Source of the DNA: Sedimentisphaerales bacterium
GTDB taxonomy: Bacteria; Planctomycetota; Phycisphaerae; Sedimentisphaerales; SM23-30
DNA length: 64,000 nucleotides
NCBI GenBank assembly: GCA_963663965.2
Contig: CAXXFK010000038.1
Coordinates: 1 to 64,000, forward strand
Reading direction: 5' to 3'
Shown here: positions 18,635-28,996 of the stretch, in pieces
Position numbering within the stretch: position 1 is the first letter of the stretch
Layout of the letters: every line of letters begins with the position of its first letter
The notes under the pieces: generated by a model
What the model saw: only the letters and a program-made list of their open reading frames with translations
Told to the model about the DNA's origin: nothing
The model's database searches: none
Program-made: the position numbers and the translations under genes

Positions 18635-21600
18635 ATGTCGATACCCAAAAGCCAACTATGCCTGTCCGGTTATCTAAAATTAGCATTTCTATTACTGGGT
18701 ATTTATTTAGAGGGTGATGTTGCGGGTGAGACCTGGGTCTGGCTGGAAGGCGAGGCCGGGCAGGCGAATTGTGCGGTTAATGCTGCAGGGTGGGGTCGGC
18801 CGCATTTTTTGTCGGAGGGTAAATGGCTGCATGTGAGTGTTGACCAGGGGAAGGTTGATAGCGACGTTCCTGCGGAAGGCATTGTGATAAAGTATGATGT
18901 TTCGGTGAATGAGGCGGGAAGTTATGAAGTGTGGAACCGGATTGGTTTTGAGTTTGTGCGCTCGGTTTTCGAATGGCGGGTTGATGATGGGGCCTGGCAG
19001 GCGATTGAGCCGGATGTGCTGACTACGGATTTGATGGAGTTATCTGAATGGTGTGAGGTGGCCTGGCTGAAGATGGGGGAGGTCCGATTGTCCGGAGGCG
19101 GGCATCGGTTGGAAATCCGGCTGGCGAAAACCAAGGATGCTGAGGGGAAATGGCGACGGATATTGTACGCATCGGATGCATTGTGTTTATATCGTGGGGC
19201 ATTTCACCCGAATTCGAAATATAAACCCGGGGACGCGTATCAGGATGATCAGGATAAAGAGGCGAGTGAGGTTGTTTTTCAGGCGCCTGAGGTGGCGGCC
19301 GGGAAGCGGGCAGAAGTTGTGTTAAGTGGATTGTGGGAGATTGCCCGCGATGATGAGCAGTTGCCGGGGGAGGTGGCCGAACCGATTGAGGCATTGCCGG
19401 AAGTGGCTTACTGGCATGCGATCAAGGTGCCGGGCGATAAGAATGGTTTGCGTGATGATCTGATTTTCGCGCATCGGGTATGGTATCGGACCAAAGTGAA
19501 TGTGCCGAAGTCGCTGGCCGGGCGGCAATTCTACCTGGAGTTTCCGTGTAATAATCTCAATACGACCGTATATGTCAATGGGGTGTATTGTGGATTCGAG
19601 AAGAATCCGTTTGTGCGGTTTAAGATTGATCTATCCAAGGGGATAAAACCGGGTGAAACCAACGAGATCTGGGTGGGGATTCGGGATGCGTGGTATGGCC
19701 GGACGGCCGATCCGGAACGACCGATGAAGTTACGGCGGACGTTTAATCTGCCGATGCGGTTTTTCAGTGAGGGATTTCAGGATCTGGATTATCCGGTCTG
19801 GAACTGTCCGCAGTCGGGTATAATGGGTACCCCGGCGCTGATTGTCTGTGGGGGTGAGGTGGCAATTGAGGATGTGTTTGTCAAGCCATCGGTTGCGAAT
19901 CATCGATTGGAGGCGGAACTGACTTTGCATAATGGCGGCAAACGAAATGTGAGTGGAGAAATACGATGGGAGGCTGTGGATGAGAAAACGGGTAAAGTCG
20001 CCCGGTTATTTAAGCCACAGGGTTTTCAATTGGCGGCCGGTAAATCTGCTATGGTTACTCTCAGTGATGGATGGGCTGACGCGATGTTGTGGTGGCCGGA
20101 TCGTCCGCAATTGTATCGATTGAGGGCAACCGTTTCTATTGGTGAGAGACCGGTTGACTCTAACGAGACTTTATTTGGGTTTCGAGAATGGCGCTGTGAG
20201 GGTAAAAAGTTTACGTTAAATGGGGTGGTCTGGCATATGTGGGCGGACCTGGTGGGGGTGAATTCTTCGCCGGAGGATTGGCTGGCGGCTTATCGCAGAA
20301 CCAACCAACGGACCATGCGGATGAGTACGGCCGGCCAGGCGGGTCATGAGACCCGCTGGATGGGATTGGAACCTGAACAGGCGCTGGAGTTCTGTGATCG
20401 AAATGGGGTAGTAGTGCGGCGGAATACGACATTGGATGGTGAACGTATCGGGTATAATTTTGTGGAAAAGGATCAGGAGATAATTCGTAAGCAGGATGGG
20501 TCGGAGCTGAAACTGGCGCTGATGAAGAACTGGCGTGACCAATGTGTGGCCCAGGTGAAGGGGGAGCGGAATCATCCTTCGATACAGATCTGGACGATCG
20601 AGAATGAATTTGCCTATATCAATTTAATTAATCTGCTGGGACATTCTCCGAATATGGATAAGTATGAGCGGGAGATCGCATTGACGCATGACGCGGTAAT
20701 GGCGGTGGATCCAACCCGGTCGGTGATGATCGATGGGGGCGGGGCGTTGAAGGATAACAGTCTGGGTGTGCATGGCGATCATTATGTGGCCACGCTGGAC
20801 AGCCGTTATCCCGATCTGGCTTATGAACCGTTTGTGGAAGGGGGCGGACGGGGACGGTGGCTTTGGGATGAGAAGCGGCCCCGTTTCCTGGGGGAAGACT
20901 GGTACGCGACCGGGATCAATCCGGCAGATTACGCCATGTGGGGTGGTGAAGTGACTTTTCAAGGCAAGGCGGCCACGCGTGACGCAGTGGCTTTGATCTA
21001 TCGTATGCTCAATGAAGGGTATCGATGGGGCGGCTATTATGGAGCGTGGCAGTTCTGGCTGGGAGGCGAAGGGGGTGAAAAGCAGTGGGGGGCGAATTAT
21101 CCACGGGCCGTTTTTGTGCGGCAGTGGGACTGGACTTTTGGTTCGGGCCAGGCGATATCGCGAACGTTTGGAATTTTCAACGATACGCAGTATGCCGATC
21201 CCATTACCTTTAACCGGAAATTGGTGATCGATGGCAAAGAAGTTTATACAAAAAGCACCATTCATCGGGTGGCGCCGGGTACGGCTGAGAAATTCGATGA
21301 AATGATTGCCATGCCAAAAGTGACTACGCGTCAAAATGGTGAATTGCGGTTGTCGTTGGTAGTTAAGGGAGAAGAGGTATTCAGTGATGTCAAGTCGGTA
21401 TCAGTATTACCGGAGCCGAAAGGGGATGGGTTGGCAGACTATGGATTAGCAGTATTCGATCCGTCAGAGGGAGTTATTCATTATCTTAAACAACTTGGTA
21501 TTGATTTTAAAACGGTAACTGAATTAAATCAGCTGCCGGCCGATGTTAAAGCGCTGGTGGTTGGGCCGGATGCCATTGACGCAGATCAAACCACCTCGAC

Positions 21601-23737
21601 GCTGTTAGCCGCTTTTGCCTCACAAGGAAAGGCTGTGATTGTGCTGGACCAGCAGCATCCATTAAAATATCAGGCATTGCCGGCTGAAATCGAATTGGCG
21701 AATGTAACCAAAAAGAATGACTTTGGCACCGAGATTCCGACTGCCCGGGGCAGTACGGCTTTTATTGAAGATGCATCGCATCCGGCGCTGATGGGATTGG
21801 AGAACCGGGACTTTTTTACCTGGGGGCCCGATCATCGGGTGTATCGCAATGTCTATGTCAAGCCTACCAAAGGCGGCAAGAGTCTGGTGCAGTGCGGCCC
21901 ACGGCTGGCCAATACGGCATTGACAGAGATTCCGGTGGGACAGGGCGTGATGTATTTATGCCAATTGGATCTGGGCGCTAAGCTGGCCAATAATGTCGTT
22001 GCCCGGCATTTGCTTAGGAATCTGATTCAGGCAGGGCAGCGTTACCGGCTGGAATACGCCCAGGTAGCCACCGTAATCGATAATGAACCATTCAGCCAGG
22101 CATTAGATGCAGTAGGTTTGCAATATTCCAAGGCGGCGAATCCCCTGGCGGCAATCCGCGATGGGCAAAATCAGATTGCGATTGTGACGGCTCAAGCAGA
22201 CCGGCTTAAAATGCTGGCTGGCAATTCGGCGGCTCTGCAACAGTTCTGGGACGGAGGGGGTACACTCATACTTTGTGGTGTGACACCAGAAGGGCTGAAC
22301 GATTTTAATACTATTGTTGGGGTGAACCATGTCATGCGACCTTTTAAACGGGAACGGGTGACATTTCCGCAGAAGAAGAATCCGCTGACATCTGGGTTGG
22401 GGGTCGGGGATATTGTTTTATTGTCAGGTGAGCGGATTTTCGGGTGGACCAAGGATGAATATGTGGTTTCGGATATGTTTAATTATGTGGTGGATCTTGA
22501 TGATGTGGCGCCATTCGCCAAGAGTAATTTCCATAGTTATGCCAATATTGTCAATGGTTTTGTGGGATCAGATGGCTGGCCGTTGATTATTGATTTTGAA
22601 TACCCTCAGGATGGCAAACCGTATGAAATTCAGATGGATTTACCTTATGAGACTGTCATTGCTGAATATACCCATGATCAGTCGGTCAATTATAATCCAA
22701 CCACACGCATTGCGTTGCTATTCGATGGCAAGGATAAGCTGGAGTTTGAGGTATCCCCAGATGGCGAGGCACAGAGTTTTGCCATCGATCCCACTCGCAC
22801 CGCACACAGAGTTACCCTGCAGTTACTCGAATGGCAGAAAAATCCGGGCAAACGTCCGATTGTCGGTATCGATAATATCGCGTTGAAAATCAAGCGACCG
22901 GAATCCTGGCAGGCGACAGTCGCACCGATGCTGAATGTTGGTGGCCTGGTGGAATATCGCAAAGGTAAGGGACGGGTGATACTGTGCAATCTTAATATTA
23001 AAGAGAATGAGGCAGTACCTGTTAATGTGGTTAAAAAGAGAACGATTCTGGCAACGATTTTACGGAATTTAAAGGCCCCGTTTGCCGGTACAAAAACGGT
23101 TATTGCCGGAGGTAACCTGAGGTATGTCCCGCTGGATATCCATACCAGGGCGACTACCTATAAGGATGAACGGGGATGGTTTGGCGATAAGGCCTTTACG
23201 TTTAAGTCGCTACCGGCCGGTGAGCATGAATTTGCCGGGGTATTATACCAGATCTATGAGATGCCGACCTCGCCGGTGCCCCAGGTTTTGATGCTGGGTG
23301 GTCCGAAAGTGCCGGGTAATCTGCCAGAACAGATTACTGGAATTCCAGTCGGAGTAAAGGCTGACGCGCTGTTCTTTTTGCATACGGCCCGGATAGATAG
23401 AAGGCGGAATAATCGCGAGCAATCGGAAAATCAGCGCTTTGAGATGTTCAAATATGTGATTCATTACGCCGATGGCCAGACAGAAGAACTACCAATTTAT
23501 CAGGAGATCGATGTCGATCATTATCGCCAACGCGAGCCACAGGCATTGCCGGGGGCGCAGATTGCCTGGATGAATCCGTATGAACGCGGCGATGAGAGTG
23601 CGGTATTGTATGCCAAACAGTGGAACAATCCACGGCCAGACGTCGTGATTCAATCGGTTGATCTGATTTATGGCAAAGATAAGGACCGGGGAGTGCCGGC
23701 ATTACTGGCGATTACCGCGGCGAGTGTGAATGAATAG
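18635..23737 (+). CDS. Large GH2-like glycoside hydrolase with accessory domains
   Basis: Sugar-binding domain (VWYRTKV, TTVYVNG), LWWPDRPQLY, FGFRE, RNHPSIQIWTIENE (GH2 acid/base-type motif). Confidence 0.75.
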   Translation: MSIPKSQLCLSGYLKLAFLLLGIYLEGDVAGETWVWLEGEAGQANCAVNAAGWGRPHFLSEGKWLHVSVDQGKVDSDVPAEGIVIKYDVSVNEAGSYEVWNRIGFEFVRSVFEWRVDDGAWQAIEPDVLTTDLMELSEWCEVAWLKMGEVRLSGGGHRLEIRLAKTKDAEGKWRRILYASDALCLYRGAFHPNSKYKPGDAYQDDQDKEASEVVFQAPEVAAGKRAEVVLSGLWEIARDDEQLPGEVAEPIEALPEVAYWHAIKVPGDKNGLRDDLIFAHRVWYRTKVNVPKSLAGRQFYLEFPCNNLNTTVYVNGVYCGFEKNPFVRFKIDLSKGIKPGETNEIWVGIRDAWYGRTADPERPMKLRRTFNLPMRFFSEGFQDLDYPVWNCPQSGIMGTPALIVCGGEVAIEDVFVKPSVANHRLEAELTLHNGGKRNVSGEIRWEAVDEKTGKVARLFKPQGFQLAAGKSAMVTLSDGWADAMLWWPDRPQLYRLRATVSIGERPVDSNETLFGFREWRCEGKKFTLNGVVWHMWADLVGVNSSPEDWLAAYRRTNQRTMRMSTAGQAGHETRWMGLEPEQALEFCDRNGVVVRRNTTLDGERIGYNFVEKDQEIIRKQDGSELKLALMKNWRDQCVAQVKGERNHPSIQIWTIENEFAYINLINLLGHSPNMDKYEREIALTHDAVMAVDPTRSVMIDGGGALKDNSLGVHGDHYVATLDSRYPDLAYEPFVEGGGRGRWLWDEKRPRFLGEDWYATGINPADYAMWGGEVTFQGKAATRDAVALIYRMLNEGYRWGGYYGAWQFWLGGEGGEKQWGANYPRAVFVRQWDWTFGSGQAISRTFGIFNDTQYADPITFNRKLVIDGKEVYTKSTIHRVAPGTAEKFDEMIAMPKVTTRQNGELRLSLVVKGEEVFSDVKSVSVLPEPKGDGLADYGLAVFDPSEGVIHYLKQLGIDFKTVTELNQLPADVKALVVGPDAIDADQTTSTLLAAFASQGKAVIVLDQQHPLKYQALPAEIELANVTKKNDFGTEIPTARGSTAFIEDASHPALMGLENRDFFTWGPDHRVYRNVYVKPTKGGKSLVQCGPRLANTALTEIPVGQGVMYLCQLDLGAKLANNVVARHLLRNLIQAGQRYRLEYAQVATVIDNEPFSQALDAVGLQYSKAANPLAAIRDGQNQIAIVTAQADRLKMLAGNSAALQQFWDGGGTLILCGVTPEGLNDFNTIVGVNHVMRPFKRERVTFPQKKNPLTSGLGVGDIVLLSGERIFGWTKDEYVVSDMFNYVVDLDDVAPFAKSNFHSYANIVNGFVGSDGWPLIIDFEYPQDGKPYEIQMDLPYETVIAEYTHDQSVNYNPTTRIALLFDGKDKLEFEVSPDGEAQSFAIDPTRTAHRVTLQLLEWQKNPGKRPIVGIDNIALKIKRPESWQATVAPMLNVGGLVEYRKGKGRVILCNLNIKENEAVPVNVVKKRTILATILRNLKAPFAGTKTVIAGGNLRYVPLDIHTRATTYKDERGWFGDKAFTFKSLPAGEHEFAGVLYQIYEMPTSPVPQVLMLGGPKVPGNLPEQITGIPVGVKADALFFLHTARIDRRRNNREQSENQRFEMFKYVIHYADGQTEELPIYQEIDVDHYRQREPQALPGAQIAWMNPYERGDESAVLYAKQWNNPRPDVVIQSVDLIYGKDKDRGVPALLAITAASVNE

Positions 23738-23789
23738 AAAGATATCGTATAGAGAAAATTGATATCCTGTTCAAACCGTGAAAGGAAAT

Positions 23790-25478
23790 TTACGGATTAT
23801 TAACCACTGGCACCTCAAAGGCCATGAGGTTATAACCGGCCCAGTTCTGGTTACCGGCGCGACCGGTGGCGTTGAGACGGACAAAGCGTGCTTCAACAGG
23901 TTCGAACTGGATACGGTCAGTGGCTTTCCATTGCTGGTAGGGCCGATTTTTGCGTGTATGGATAGTGGTCCAGCTGGATGGATCCTGGGGATCGGCTGTG
24001 GCGATATCAATGGTATAGTTGGAGGCATGTATTTTCCATCCCCAGAGCAGATTGACCCGATCAATAGTCTGGACCTGTCCAAGATCGACATAGAGCCACT
24101 CTTGATCGCTATTGCCGCTGGACCAGGAGGTATAATAGTTCTCGTCGGTTGCCAATTCCGGATTACTGCCGGAAGAAGCCGTAACCGGTCTATTGCGGGC
24201 GAGATCGGTCATATTGACCGCAACGCGAATATTATTGGAACGATTGGAAGAACCACGATTATCGAAAGCCAGCGTATGGATGTCGTAGAAACCGGCCGGC
24301 ATATCTGTCCAAATGAGGGTGTAGGGTGATTTGTTTAACTGGCCGATTTTATTGTCGTTAGCATAAAATTCAACACGGCTGATTATGCCATCCCGATCAA
24401 CGGCGTAACTTTCAATAGTCAGATTTTGGCCAGGAAACCATGCTGTGCCGTTATCAGCGGGATTAAGGATGCCAACGTGGGGGATGATATTACCCTGCCC
24501 CAGGGGTGGCAACTCGTCCAGGGTGATGACAAGATCATGACGCATGGTATCGGTGGCCCAGTCTACCGGCCGGCCGGAGGATGGGGCGCCCCACCAGGGC
24601 AGGGCATAGAGCCATCTGGGGGTCTGGTTCTGGAGCATTTTGTCGGGATTGGGGATGGCGTCGCATTCGCCGCAGGCCAGCATTTTGCCGGGAGAGACCT
24701 GGGTCATGATGTCGAAATAGTCATGGTATTTTTTGATTTCGTTTTTGAAGTCAACGTGATAGATGTCCAGACCGGAAATGTCGACATAGTTGGGACCGGG
24801 ATAGAATCGCTTACGGAGTTCGACGGATTTGTTGCCTTCGCCGGCGCTATATACCCAGATCAGGTTATTGAGTTTCCGGGTATGCGTAAAGTAATCGAAC
24901 ATGATCTGCCAGAGTCGGGCAGTATTTTCGGGGTGGTCTTTATCGGTCCACCAGAACCAGCCACCATCGATTTCATGCAAGGGGCGCCAGAGAACAGGAA
25001 TATCGGCATCCTGAAATTTTTGCAGGATATCAGCGGTATGAGCGAGTTCTTTCAATAACTGTCGGTATTCAGGCGTGTCGGGAGTGACAACTTGTGAAAG
25101 ATTGACGGGATTTTTTCGTTTGCCCGTCCAGGCAGAATCATCGTTATAGAACCAGTGCCAGTGAAGCGTCAGGATATACCGGTTGGATCTGGCATGTTCG
25201 ATGATGGTATCGACATCACCCAGCCACTGGATATCACGGCCCCAGATGGCTGCCTGTTTGCCGGTTTGTTCATAGTCATCGGGGGTATGCACGTATACAT
25301 TGTATCCGCTGAGAACTTTTTTGCCGTAGATTGATTCAAAATAGTTTAGAATCTGTCTGGCTGAATCCGTAAGATCCGGATTAACCGGTTGGATGGCCGA
25401 GGTGATACCCGAAAACAGGATCACAAGGATCAAGATCATCGCATTAAATTTAAATATTGACACGGTATCACTCCCCAA
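23790..25478 (-). CDS. GH26 beta-mannanase-like enzyme with Ig-like and F5/8 type C (CBM32-like) domains
   Basis: LHWHW, PVLWRPLHEIDGGWFWW, LNNLIWVY, YPGPNYVDISGLDIY; DRDG.ISRVEFY; ASS..ATD...WLYVDLG. Confidence 0.85.
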   Translation of the reverse strand: MGSDTVSIFKFNAMILILVILFSGITSAIQPVNPDLTDSARQILNYFESIYGKKVLSGYNVYVHTPDDYEQTGKQAAIWGRDIQWLGDVDTIIEHARSNRYILTLHWHWFYNDDSAWTGKRKNPVNLSQVVTPDTPEYRQLLKELAHTADILQKFQDADIPVLWRPLHEIDGGWFWWTDKDHPENTARLWQIMFDYFTHTRKLNNLIWVYSAGEGNKSVELRKRFYPGPNYVDISGLDIYHVDFKNEIKKYHDYFDIMTQVSPGKMLACGECDAIPNPDKMLQNQTPRWLYALPWWGAPSSGRPVDWATDTMRHDLVITLDELPPLGQGNIIPHVGILNPADNGTAWFPGQNLTIESYAVDRDGIISRVEFYANDNKIGQLNKSPYTLIWTDMPAGFYDIHTLAFDNRGSSNRSNNIRVAVNMTDLARNRPVTASSGSNPELATDENYYTSWSSGNSDQEWLYVDLGQVQTIDRVNLLWGWKIHASNYTIDIATADPQDPSSWTTIHTRKNRPYQQWKATDRIQFEPVEARFVRLNATGRAGNQNWAGYNLMAFEVPVVNNP

Positions 25479-25492
25479 AAGATGTCGCTTAT

Positions 25493-26869
25493 TCAGCGGT
25501 TAAACAGGTTCTGGACTTCATCGATAAGACGCCGGGAAGTAGCTTGATCAGTCGATTCGGCGATGATACGAATGATCGGTTCGGTATTACTGGCGCGTAG
25601 CTGGACCCAGCCTTCGGGCAGGTCGATACGGATCCCATCGCGGGTATCAATCTGTACGGATTCAGCTTTCAGGGCCAGATAGTGCTGTTTGACCTTTTCG
25701 ATAGCCGGGAGCGCCAGTTCCTGTGGGCAGGGCATTTTGGTTTTGATCATCTGGTAGGAAGGGATATCGCTGACCAGTTGGCTGATGGTTTTGCCGGTTT
25801 CGGCCATGAGTTGGAGGATCATGGCTATACCGAGGAAACTATCGCGGACCGGGACAACGCGAAGATCGATGATACCGCCGTTGCCTTCGCCGCCGATAAT
25901 GCAGTTGTTGTCAATCATGCAGTTGGCGACATGGGCTTCACCGACAGGAGTACGAAGAACCTGGCAACCGGTGCGGGCGGCCAGATCATCAATCATGCGT
26001 GAAGTGGAAAGGTTGGCGGCGGCCGAACCTTGCTTTTTGTTGAACATATACAGGGCGGCCAGCGCCAGGGTGTATTCTTCGCCAATATAGGCGCCATTTT
26101 CATCGATGATGGCGAGGCGGTCGGCATCGGGATCCTGGGCGAATCCAACCTGGGCTTTATGCTTGAGAATCTGAGGGCCCAGTTCTTTGAGGTTCTCGGC
26201 AGTGGGTTCAGGGGTATGGGCGAAGAGGCCCGTGGGGCGTTCGTTGAGATGTATGACCGAGCAGCCCAACGCACCCAGCAATTCGGCAGTTCCAACACAT
26301 CCAGCGCCATTGACGCTGTCAAGCACCACCTTGAACCGTTTTGACTGGATCAGATTTTTGTCGAAGCATTGCAGGACCGTATCGACATGGACCGCATGCG
26401 TTTTGGTGTTTTGAGTGAGTGAGCCGACATGCAGGGCATCCTGCTGTACAAACGCTTTATCGAAATAGCGTTGCTGAATTTCTTTCACCTGGTCGGCGGG
26501 ATAGGCTACGCCGGTATGACTGAGCAGTTTAATGCCGTTCCAGGGAACCGGATTGTGGGAAGCCGTGATGACAACTCCGCCCTGGCTTTGGGTATGGCGG
26601 GTCATCAGGGCTGCTCCGGGAGTGGTCACGATGCCCAGATCAATGACCTGGCAGCCGGCGGCCATGAGGCCGGAACTGAGCGCGGCGGCGAGCATGGGAC
26701 CGGATGGACGGCTATCACGGCCCAGGCATACCTGAGGTTCAGAATCAGGATATTTATTTTTCAGCCAGGAACCATAGGCCATGCCATATTCACTGGCTTG
26801 TTGGGGACCGAGGGTTTCGCCGATAATGCCGCGCATGCCACTGATGCTGATGATAAGAGGGGCTGCCAT
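25493..26869 (-). CDS. glmM: Phosphohexomutase (GlmM/PMM-PGM family)
   Basis: GRDSRPSG, ITASHNP, QDPDADR, GGEGNGG, RASNTEP. Confidence 0.8.
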   Translation of the reverse strand: MAAPLIISISGMRGIIGETLGPQQASEYGMAYGSWLKNKYPDSEPQVCLGRDSRPSGPMLAAALSSGLMAAGCQVIDLGIVTTPGAALMTRHTQSQGGVVITASHNPVPWNGIKLLSHTGVAYPADQVKEIQQRYFDKAFVQQDALHVGSLTQNTKTHAVHVDTVLQCFDKNLIQSKRFKVVLDSVNGAGCVGTAELLGALGCSVIHLNERPTGLFAHTPEPTAENLKELGPQILKHKAQVGFAQDPDADRLAIIDENGAYIGEEYTLALAALYMFNKKQGSAAANLSTSRMIDDLAARTGCQVLRTPVGEAHVANCMIDNNCIIGGEGNGGIIDLRVVPVRDSFLGIAMILQLMAETGKTISQLVSDIPSYQMIKTKMPCPQELALPAIEKVKQHYLALKAESVQIDTRDGIRIDLPEGWVQLRASNTEPIIRIIAESTDQATSRRLIDEVQNLFNR

Positions 26870-26906
26870 ATCTGTTTTCCTAGTAAAGAGTTAAATTGTT
26901 GATTTA

Positions 26907-27084
26907 GAAACTGTAAATAAATAACACCTTCATTTCTCATCCCCTCTTGCCGCCATCTTCAGCCACTTTTCAATCGCGAAATCCTCGACATAGAACAGCA
27001 CTGCCTGCGGTTTCGCTCAATCGGCACGACTGAATCAGACAACAAGATGGGTGATAAAAGCAGCATTTATTTATATACGGTCCC
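26907..27084. mobile_element. MITE copy 1 (~178 bp, IS5-family-like ends, TTA duplication)
   Basis: ~20-bp imperfect TIRs (GAAACTGTAAATAAATAA / ATTTATTTATATACGGTCCC) flanked by TTA on both sides; long internal hairpin; homologous to 56046-56224. Confidence 0.8.
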
Positions 27085-27361
27085 TTAGTGGATTCAAATA
27101 ATAATCATAGCAGACTGATTGAGACTGTCAAATAGAGTTTTAACGTGGCTCCAGGTATAATATGCGAAATCGGGTATTCAGGTAATTTTTGTGTAAAAAT
27201 ATAACATTTCTTGTTGTAAAATGGTTGTTTAAGCGTCATTAATAATGAATAACGAAATTGTACCAATCAAGAGCCAAAAGATCTGTAAAATTTAGTCAAC
27301 TGTACTTCGATAAGTTATTATAATCGAGCGAATGATTCCCTCATTCAGAAAGGACTCTGTC

Positions 27362-27733
27362 ATGTTGATGAAATTTTATATTGGTCTGCTTTTGATAGCC
27401 ATGTGTATGGTATCCACGGGATGTCTGTTGGTTAGTACCGGCAATGAAAAGGTGCGTCTGGTTCGAGAACGTGAGGCGCGGAAAGAAGTTGTTTTTGAGA
27501 ATGATACCGCCGCCCAGACATTCGATAAGGTGTATCAGCGTGAGTTGGGCAATAACACCATAGGCCGGAATAACAGCGGTACTTTACTGATCCCATTTAT
27601 TTGTGCGGTGGTCGATAATACCACGACGACCAAAGTAGCTCCCAATGCGGTCTATAATGATTGCCTGGCTCGGTGCGATCTGGATCAGAATGGCATTATC
27701 ACAGAAGAAGAAGCCAGGAAATACGCTGAATAA
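27362..27733 (+). CDS. Small lipoprotein with C-terminal EF-hand-like loop; paralog 1
   Basis: Lipobox VSTGC; DLDQNGIITEEE. Confidence 0.7.
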   Translation: MLMKFYIGLLLIAMCMVSTGCLLVSTGNEKVRLVREREARKEVVFENDTAAQTFDKVYQRELGNNTIGRNNSGTLLIPFICAVVDNTTTTKVAPNAVYNDCLARCDLDQNGIITEEEARKYAE

Positions 27734-27761
27734 ACACATCCCCAATAAAAGGAGATAACTC

Positions 27762-28133
27762 ATGTTCAGGAAATTCATCTATCCGATAAGCGTCTTATTA
27801 TGCCTGCTGCTGGCGGGGTGTACTCTGATAAATATTCACAGTGGCCGTAAAGAAAAAATTATCAGGGAGAAAGAGCCGCGTCAATCGGTTATTTTCGAAA
27901 ATGACGCCGCCTCTACCGCATTTAATCGAGAGTATGAAAGCCGTTTGCGCAATTGTACGGTGAGAACCAGTGATGGCGGCAGTTTCAAGGTTTTGCTGAT
28001 TTGCGATGTGGATGATGAGGGTACGATAACCAAACTTTCACCGAACGCGGTTTATAACGATTGCGTGAAAAGCTTTGATCTGGACAAGAACGGGATCATT
28101 ACCGAAGGAGAAACGCTTCGCTATGCCAAGTGA
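27762..28133 (+). CDS. Small lipoprotein with EF-hand-like loop; tandem paralog 2
   Basis: AGGAG RBS; lipobox LLAGC; shared FEND.A, PNAVYNDC, DLDKNGIITEGE. Confidence 0.72.
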   Translation: MFRKFIYPISVLLCLLLAGCTLINIHSGRKEKIIREKEPRQSVIFENDAASTAFNREYESRLRNCTVRTSDGGSFKVLLICDVDDEGTITKLSPNAVYNDCVKSFDLDKNGIITEGETLRYAK

Positions 28134-28159
28134 TCCAAGTTATCGAGGGGATAAAGCCC

Positions 28160-28981
28160 TTATAAAATCCGAGACAATTCATTGCGGAGTTGCAGGCAGG
28201 CTGATTCCGTTTGGGCATAGATTTCTTCGGCCCGATGAAAATCGAGAATATCGATGCCATTTATTTCCGGGGCAATATAAACATGGGGAGGCGATTGTTT
28301 TCGCTTTTCGGCAATGATTGAACGCTGCATGATGTCGAACGTTTCCAGCAGGGCCCGGACTGGATTCGGTGGATGTTTGGGATCTTCAACACTAGGGCGC
28401 CCCATGACATCGATGGCGATAATGATCTCACAATCTGACAGGATATCATGTGGCAACGGATTGACCGCGCCGCCATCAATCAGCGTCAGGCCATCGCGGC
28501 AGACGGGAGTAAAGAGGCCGGGCAGACCCATACTGGCTTTGACCGCCGAGAGCAAAGGGCCGGAATGAAAGATGACTTGCCGTGAAGCCCAGAAATCGGT
28601 GGCGACAATTTTGAGTGGAATGGCAAGCTCTTCGAACGACTCTTTCTGAATGATTTCATAGAGAAAATCGGTTAATCGATCGCCTTTGAAGATTCCTTTC
28701 CCTCGAAAATCAATGTCGAGGAAACGAATCCATTGGAACGCTTCTTTCTTCTGTATCATTTCGCGTAATGAATCATTTTTGCTGATGACCATCCGATTGA
28801 TCCGTTCCTTTAACTGAGAGGCGTTCACCCCCGAGGCGAAAATAGCCCCAACAATAGCGCCGATACTGGTACCGGAGATGCAGGCCGGCCGGACGTTCAT
28901 CTCTTCGAGAACCTGTAATAAGGGAACGTGCGCCAAGCCTTTGGCGCCGCCGCCCCCGAGTGCCAGTCCGATTCTTTTCAT
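28160..28981 (-). CDS. Patatin-like phospholipase (RssA family)
   Basis: LALGGGGAKG, GTSIG, DGG motifs. Confidence 0.9.
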   Translation of the reverse strand: MKRIGLALGGGGAKGLAHVPLLQVLEEMNVRPACISGTSIGAIVGAIFASGVNASQLKERINRMVISKNDSLREMIQKKEAFQWIRFLDIDFRGKGIFKGDRLTDFLYEIIQKESFEELAIPLKIVATDFWASRQVIFHSGPLLSAVKASMGLPGLFTPVCRDGLTLIDGGAVNPLPHDILSDCEIIIAIDVMGRPSVEDPKHPPNPVRALLETFDIMQRSIIAEKRKQSPPHVYIAPEINGIDILDFHRAEEIYAQTESACLQLRNELSRIL

Positions 28982-28996
28982 ATCCGTATTCCGAGA

